From sequence record DRR723986_3079: a stretch of DNA of 55,415 nucleotides, one strand, 5' to 3'. Below are positions 49,684 through 55,415 of the stretch, piece after piece. Each line of letters begins with the position of its first letter. The stretch's first letter is position 1. A model generated the notes under the pieces. It ran no database searches. It was not told where the DNA came from and worked only from the letters and a program-made list of their open reading frames with translations. Position numbers and translations under genes: made by a program.

Positions 49684-51555
49684 ATGCGTAGTTCGATAGT
49701 TTCCGGTCTTCTTTTTCATGCCGGCAAGGCGATCGGTTTGGCAACCTCGTCTGCATGCCTGCTTGCCTTGGCTATCAGCCTGCCCGTGAGCGCGGACGAT
49801 GAAAACGTGCCCTGGACGCATGCCATCGCCATGCACGGGACACCTGCACTTGGACCTGACGAACCATTTCCCTATGCCAACCCCGATGCGCCCAAGGGCG
49901 GCACAATCACACTTGGTGTACAGGGAACCTTCGACAGCCTGAATTCCTTCATTGTTCAGGGCGGCTGGACCTCGGCACGTGGAATGCGCGAACGCGAATT
50001 CGGCAACAACATTCTGGAAAGCCTGATGGTCCGCTCCTACGCGGAACCTTTTTCCCTTTACGGTCTTCTGGCTCAACGTGTGCGCATGCCGGACAGCCGG
50101 GAGTGGATCGAGTTCGAGCTTAATCCGGATGCAAGGTTTTCCGACGGGACACCAGTCACAGTCGATGATGTCATCTTTTCTCTGGAAGTGATCCGCGACA
50201 AGGGGCGCCCGCCCTATCGAAACTGGTATGCGGCTATCACCGAAAAGCAGGTAACCGCACCCAACCGGCTGAAGCTGGTATTCGAAAACGGTGAAAACCG
50301 CGAACTGCCGCTGTTGATCGCGTTGGCTCCAATTTATTCCAAGGCAGCCACCGATGCGGAGAATTTCGACAAATCGTCGTTGAACCCGCCCATCGGCACA
50401 GGGCCGTACACCTTCAAGACGATCGAGCCAGGCAGGCTCGTCGTTTATGAGAAGAACCCGGACTATTGGGCCAAGGATCTGCCTGTCAAAGCCGGCTTCG
50501 ACAACTTCGACGAGATCCGGGTGGAATATTTCCGCGACGAGACGACCTTGCAGGAATCCTTCAAGAAGGGCCTGGTCCAGGCGTTGCAGTTCCGGGATCC
50601 TGCCCGTTGGGCAACGGGGCTAGATTTTCCGGCAGTGAAAAATGGCGATGTTCTCAAGCGGGCAATTCCGCTCGGGATTCCCGCCGCCATGCAGGGCATC
50701 GCATTCAACACCCGCAAAGACCAGTTCTCCGACCCGGCCGTGCGCAAGGCCTTGCGCATGCTGTTCGATTTTGAATGGGTGAACCGCAATCTCTATTACG
50801 GACTTTACACGCGCACGGCAGGGTACTGGGACAATTCCGAGCTTTCATCGATCGGCCGTCCGGCAAGCGACCGGGAAAAGGAATTGCTGGCTCCCTTCCC
50901 TGACGCCGTCGACCCCGAGGTGATGGACGGCACCTGGCGTCCGGCGGAAGCGGACGGTTCAGGACGTGACAGAAAGGTGCTGCGGGCAGCGCTGGAAGCC
51001 TTCGGCAAGGCCGGTTACAGGCTCAAGGACGGAAAGCTCCTGCACTCCGAAAACGGCAATCAGCTTTCCTTTGAAATTCTTGCCAAGAATGAGGACGAAG
51101 AAAAGCTGGCTCTCGCCTATATCCGTACTCTTGAGTTGCTCGGCGTATCCGCAAGCGTACGCAGTGTAGATCCGACGCAATTCGAAGACCGCAGGACGAA
51201 ACGCGAGTTTGATATGGTGTTCAACACCTGGTTCTCCTCGCTGTCCCCTGGCGCCGAGCAATATGGGCGCTGGTCATCGAAAGCAGCGGAAACGGAAGGA
51301 TCCTTCAACTTTGTGGGCGCACATGAACCGGCGATCGATGCGATGATCGACGAGATTGTCGGTGCAAGGAGCCGCGACGAATTCGTGGCTGCCGTTCGCG
51401 CATTCGACCGCGTTCTGATTTCGGGAGCCTACGCGGTCCCACTTTATCATGTCGCGGACGATTGGGTGGCGCACTGGAAGCAGATCGTTCCGCCGCAAAA
51501 CGAGTCGCTCTACGGCCACGAGTACGACACCTGGTGGTCGGCCACGGCGCAATAA
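49684..51555 (+). CDS. Family 5 extracellular solute-binding protein (YejA-like), stand-alone
   Basis: HAIAMHG, YANPDAPKGG, GTFDSLN, ARFSDG.PVT..DV.FS, FDFEW. Confidence 0.88.
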   Translation: MRSSIVSGLLFHAGKAIGLATSSACLLALAISLPVSADDENVPWTHAIAMHGTPALGPDEPFPYANPDAPKGGTITLGVQGTFDSLNSFIVQGGWTSARGMREREFGNNILESLMVRSYAEPFSLYGLLAQRVRMPDSREWIEFELNPDARFSDGTPVTVDDVIFSLEVIRDKGRPPYRNWYAAITEKQVTAPNRLKLVFENGENRELPLLIALAPIYSKAATDAENFDKSSLNPPIGTGPYTFKTIEPGRLVVYEKNPDYWAKDLPVKAGFDNFDEIRVEYFRDETTLQESFKKGLVQALQFRDPARWATGLDFPAVKNGDVLKRAIPLGIPAAMQGIAFNTRKDQFSDPAVRKALRMLFDFEWVNRNLYYGLYTRTAGYWDNSELSSIGRPASDREKELLAPFPDAVDPEVMDGTWRPAEADGSGRDRKVLRAALEAFGKAGYRLKDGKLLHSENGNQLSFEILAKNEDEEKLALAYIRTLELLGVSASVRSVDPTQFEDRRTKREFDMVFNTWFSSLSPGAEQYGRWSSKAAETEGSFNFVGAHEPAIDAMIDEIVGARSRDEFVAAVRAFDRVLISGAYAVPLYHVADDWVAHWKQIVPPQNESLYGHEYDTWWSATAQ

Positions 51556-51579
51556 TCGGACCAATGGACGAAAAACAAG

Positions 51580-53211
51580 ATGAAAGCCACGCCTGAAAGC
51601 CTGTCCACGGAGTATCATGAGAGCGGAGCCTGGTCCGATGTGCCGCTTGATGAAATGTTCCGCAAGACAGCAGCAGAACACCCCGACCGGCTTGCGCTGG
51701 TTGATGCTCCTGACAGGGCTACCTGGACAGGTGGTGCTCCCCGAGCGTTGAGTTATGCCGAGGCCGATCGGGAAATTGATCGTCTTGCCGCTTTCTACAC
51801 CACCGTCGGGCTGTCATCCGATCATGTCGTCGGTGTCCAGGCTCCCAACACAGTCGACACCGTAATCGCGATTTTGGCAGCCCTGCGAGCAGATCTGATC
51901 ATTTCTCCGTTGCCATTGCACTGGCGGCAGAAGAACGTTCTGGAAGCCTTGAACTCCATTGGTGCCAAGGGATTTGTCGCAGCCGACCGGGTAGAAACAC
52001 GCGAGGTTGGTGTTGCCGCACGCGATGTTGCTGCAGACCTGTTCTCGTTGCGGTTTGTTTTCGGCCTTGGCAAGGACGTTCCCGATGGTTTGATTGAATT
52101 GGGGCCGATGCTTGCCGAAATGGGTGACGATCTGAAGTTCACTCCGAGTGAGCGCCCTGATCCGGCCGACCACACCGCGACCATCTGCTGGAGCCGAAGC
52201 GGCGAGGAAAACGTTCCGGTTACCCGCTGCCATAACCATTGGGTATCGGTCGCACATATGATCGTGCGGGAAGCTCATGTGCGCGATGCCAGCGTGATGG
52301 TTCTCCCCTATTCGCTCAGCGGCTTGACCGGCCTGGGCGGAGGACTGGTTCCGTGGTTGCTGACCGGCGGCACTTTGCATCTGCACCACCCGACTTCACT
52401 TGCCAATCTTGCCGCTCATGCCAACGAGGTTCAGGCGGATATCGTCATGACACCCGGGCCGCTGGCACAGACGCTCGACCGTAAACTTGAAAACACCAAG
52501 ACGACGCTACTTGCAGCCTGGAATATTGCGGCCCCGCACCCGACGACTTTCGTTGCGAGGCGCCGTCTGATCGATCTTCACATCGCTGACGAATTCGCAC
52601 TCGTTGCCAAGGCGCGAGGTCCCTCGGCGAAGATGAAGGCCACCGCGCTGGGAAAGCATAGCGGGCCGATAGGGTGTGAAAGCGGGCCAGCCCTTCTCGA
52701 GATTGCGGTCACCGACGAGGTGGATACGCAAGCTCCAACGCTTCTGGTGAAGGGGCCAATGGTTCCCGATGTCGGGTGGCGAACCATCAATGGTGACCAG
52801 CGGCGCGTCCGCTGGGAAGGTACCGGTTTTCTGAATACCAACATCAAGGTTGAACTGACGGATGGCGGCATTGCTGGTTTCGGTATCCCGGGCCACTATG
52901 CCCTTGGTACCGGCAACCTTGAAACGGTGGATATTGTCTACGCAGGGTACCCGGGCGTCAAGGAAGCTGCTGCCTTCATAGTGGAAGATCCTCTCCTCGG
53001 AGCCAGGATGTACGCAGCGCTTGTACCCGAGGCCGGGAACGTTCCTGATGCGGGTGCCTTTTTCGCGTATCTGGATGCCGAAGGCGTGGACCTTGCCAAG
53101 ATCCCCCATCGTGTGTTGATTTTACAGTCTCTGCCGCGGAACGAGGATGGAACCATCAGCCGGGAAAGGCTGACCATGCGGACACAGCGATTGCCTGCTG
53201 CCGTGGCGTAG
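51580..53211 (+). CDS. Adenylate-forming (AMP-binding) superfamily protein with degenerate motifs
   Basis: HPDRLALVD...LSYAEADREIDRLA N-terminus and YPGVKEAAAF...KIP...LPRN C-terminus. Confidence 0.75.
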   Translation: MKATPESLSTEYHESGAWSDVPLDEMFRKTAAEHPDRLALVDAPDRATWTGGAPRALSYAEADREIDRLAAFYTTVGLSSDHVVGVQAPNTVDTVIAILAALRADLIISPLPLHWRQKNVLEALNSIGAKGFVAADRVETREVGVAARDVAADLFSLRFVFGLGKDVPDGLIELGPMLAEMGDDLKFTPSERPDPADHTATICWSRSGEENVPVTRCHNHWVSVAHMIVREAHVRDASVMVLPYSLSGLTGLGGGLVPWLLTGGTLHLHHPTSLANLAAHANEVQADIVMTPGPLAQTLDRKLENTKTTLLAAWNIAAPHPTTFVARRRLIDLHIADEFALVAKARGPSAKMKATALGKHSGPIGCESGPALLEIAVTDEVDTQAPTLLVKGPMVPDVGWRTINGDQRRVRWEGTGFLNTNIKVELTDGGIAGFGIPGHYALGTGNLETVDIVYAGYPGVKEAAAFIVEDPLLGARMYAALVPEAGNVPDAGAFFAYLDAEGVDLAKIPHRVLILQSLPRNEDGTISRERLTMRTQRLPAAVA

Positions 53212-53224
53212 GTGGGGATAAGGA

Positions 53225-54406
53225 ATGGATGTTGAAACCTCGCTTTCCTGGCGCGGCCCGTATTGGTATGCGGGACGTCGACCAAGGCGGAGCAGCAATG
53301 GTGATGCGCCAGAAGATTTAGACGTGTCGCTTATCAGCATGTTCGACCGTCGCAGCAAGCTGCCCATGGCGCTGCCCGCAGCGATCGTGGTTGATATCAG
53401 CATCCTGGAAGACGACCGCAGAGACGAATTCTTTTCCTGGCTGCTTCCGCAAATCAGACTCCTTGCAAGTGAAGTCCCTTTCTACATCCTCACCGGCAGC
53501 GACGATATTCTGCCCCCCGGTCTGCAACCGACTGCAATCATCGACAAGGTCGTTCCCGATGAAGTCCTGCTGATGTTGATATGCATTCATCAGCGCGCAT
53601 TGCTTCGGTCAGAGGAAGCCCAACTTCGCAGACGTGTTTTTGGCAGGATTCCGGGTTTCGGGAGCGCTCCGCATCATTCAGGAACCAGCAGCCTGCTTGT
53701 CGTTGGCCTGAGCGGTCGGTTTCTGGAATGGCAGGACGCCAGTGAAGAAAAGGTCGAGGTCGTCGGTGCATTCGACGGCAGCATGGCCGTCGAGTTCATG
53801 TCCAAGCGTGCATTTGACGCCGTGGTCATTGATGCGCCCTTTGAAGATGCCGTCGACTATATGCAGCAGATCCGCAGGGATGCCCGCTTCGCGGGGTTGC
53901 CGGTTCTGGCTGTCTGTGAGCGGGAGGAAGATCTCGTTCAACTGTTCCGAAACGGAGCTTCGGATGTGCTGGTCGGAGAAAACCGTAAGGAAACCCTCGC
54001 CCGCCGACTCAACTCCGCCACTCGTTTCGGCAAGAGGCGCCGTCTTGCAGACCGGGTGCTTGCGGAAAGCCACATGTGGTTGCGCCAGCAGATCCATCAG
54101 GGCGGACTTGGCGTTGAGGAATACACGAATTATCTCGAAGCCTGCAGCAATGGCCTTGCGGCGCGCGGCCTCGATCTTTGGGAAATGAGGCTTCAGCCTG
54201 AAAACTTCGGCATTGCCGTCACTTCCGCTGAAGAAATTGAAGACATCAACACGACCTTGCTGTCCATCGCAGACGCCACGAGCCGGGACGAGGATCTTGT
54301 TTGCCTGGTGAAGGACTTCGGGCCGGTTGCCGTCTTGAAGAACGAGGCTGGCACGACAAGGCTGCAGAAGCGGATCAGCTCGATCCTCACACACACTGTT
54401 CTGTGA
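53225..54406 (+). CDS. PleD/PopA-like protein: receiver-like domain plus degenerate GGDEF remnant
   Basis: FDAVVID...IRRDARFAGLPVL...GASD receiver-like segment; C-terminal RDED with no GGDEF. Confidence 0.6.
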   Translation: MDVETSLSWRGPYWYAGRRPRRSSNGDAPEDLDVSLISMFDRRSKLPMALPAAIVVDISILEDDRRDEFFSWLLPQIRLLASEVPFYILTGSDDILPPGLQPTAIIDKVVPDEVLLMLICIHQRALLRSEEAQLRRRVFGRIPGFGSAPHHSGTSSLLVVGLSGRFLEWQDASEEKVEVVGAFDGSMAVEFMSKRAFDAVVIDAPFEDAVDYMQQIRRDARFAGLPVLAVCEREEDLVQLFRNGASDVLVGENRKETLARRLNSATRFGKRRRLADRVLAESHMWLRQQIHQGGLGVEEYTNYLEACSNGLAARGLDLWEMRLQPENFGIAVTSAEEIEDINTTLLSIADATSRDEDLVCLVKDFGPVAVLKNEAGTTRLQKRISSILTHTVL

Positions 54407-54526
54407 ACAGACGCTGGTCTGTATGCGTCTTTTGTCTATTGCCTTAACACTGCCGCGAATTTGGGGTTGGCATATTTGTCAGAGTCTTTAGCCTGACAAA
54501 AATATCTCCAACGTTCTGGATGTCCG

Positions 54527-55201
54527 ATGACCCTATCATCCGCCCTTACCGTCGATGTCGTATCCGATGTAATGTGCCCCTGGTGCTTCATTGGAAAAAG
54601 ACGCCTTGAAGCGGCGTTGAAGTCGGTTCCGCAGCTCGATGTGCTGGTTCGTTGGCACCCCTTTCAGCTTGACGCCACCTTGCCGAAATCTGGCAAGGAC
54701 AGAAAACAGTATCTGAGCGACAAGTTCGGTGGTCTGGAGCGGGCGGACACGTTTTACAAACAAATCCGTGCAGCGGGACAGGAGGAAGGCATCAACTTTG
54801 CTTTTGATGATATCACCTTGTCGCCGAATACCCTTGATTGCCACAGACTGATCCTTTGGTCACGTGACGACGATCTTCAGGACGAAGTCGTGGAGCTTTT
54901 GTTCAAGGCCTATTTCCTGAACGGAGAAGATCTGACACGCCCCGAGGTTCTTGTGCGAATTGCCGAGGAAGCGGGGATGCAGTCCGATCTGGTGGAGCAT
55001 CTATTGAGAACCGAAACCGATCTCGACAAGGTCGAGGCCCAGATTGCCAATGCTCAAAAGTCCGGGATCACAGGTGTGCCATGTTTCATTATCGATGGCA
55101 GGTTTGTTCTGGCAGGTGCCGAAAAACCGGAAACAATTGCCGCAGCGCTTCTTCACGCCGACGAAACACGGACCGATCCACAAGCGGCAGTTTCCAATTA
55201 A
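54527..55201 (+). CDS. DsbA-family oxidoreductase (FrnE-like)
   Basis: SDVMCPWCFIGKRRL, GITGVPCF. Confidence 0.92.
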   Translation: MTLSSALTVDVVSDVMCPWCFIGKRRLEAALKSVPQLDVLVRWHPFQLDATLPKSGKDRKQYLSDKFGGLERADTFYKQIRAAGQEEGINFAFDDITLSPNTLDCHRLILWSRDDDLQDEVVELLFKAYFLNGEDLTRPEVLVRIAEEAGMQSDLVEHLLRTETDLDKVEAQIANAQKSGITGVPCFIIDGRFVLAGAEKPETIAAALLHADETRTDPQAAVSN

Positions 55202-55224
55202 AAGCAGCTTGAGTTGCCGAAACT

Positions 55225-55253
55225 AAAAAGCCCCGCACGAATGCGGGGCTTTT
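55225..55253. terminator. Bidirectional terminator
   Basis: AAAAAGCCCCGCA-cgaa-TGCGGGGCTTTT. Confidence 0.85.
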
Positions 55254-55276
55254 CTGATTTTGACGACCTGAAAAGA

Positions 55277-55415
<139 letters not shown>

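Overview
This window looks like alphaproteobacterial chromosome; the gene set suggests Hyphomicrobiales, Roseibium/Labrenzia-like (inference). It has five blocks. (1) 1-9016 is the right end of a prophage: a RecE/RecT-type recombination operon, WYL and AlpA genes, a Mrr-like nuclease and SRAP as cargo, and a tRNA-Ser-like 3' att core with tandem arm-type repeats. (2) 9172-18405 is a form I aerobic CO dehydrogenase cluster (coxMSLDEFG), preceded by an MHYT-LytTR regulator and a 21-bp-phased repeat triplet. (3) 18680-23880 is a guanidine-utilisation operon with a predicted NtrC/sigma54 promoter, a guanidine-I riboswitch, an ABC importer and a GdmH-like guanidine hydrolase. In place of hypA/hypB it carries a very His-rich unknown protein and a 77-aa HupE/UreJ-like mini-protein; this is the best candidate for an undescribed nickel-delivery system. 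(4) 23925-40088 holds an EAL phosphodiesterase, hydrolases, a purine ABC transporter, xdhABC, an eroded uraH-like relic and LysR. (5) 40102-55415 is core genes (qor, pcs, Ubi hydroxylase, lipid A acyltransferase, mcl, hspQ, ialB, a YejA-like protein, DsbA/FrnE, the eno 3' end), including two probable pseudo-enzymes. All family calls come from motif recognition by eye; no searches were run.
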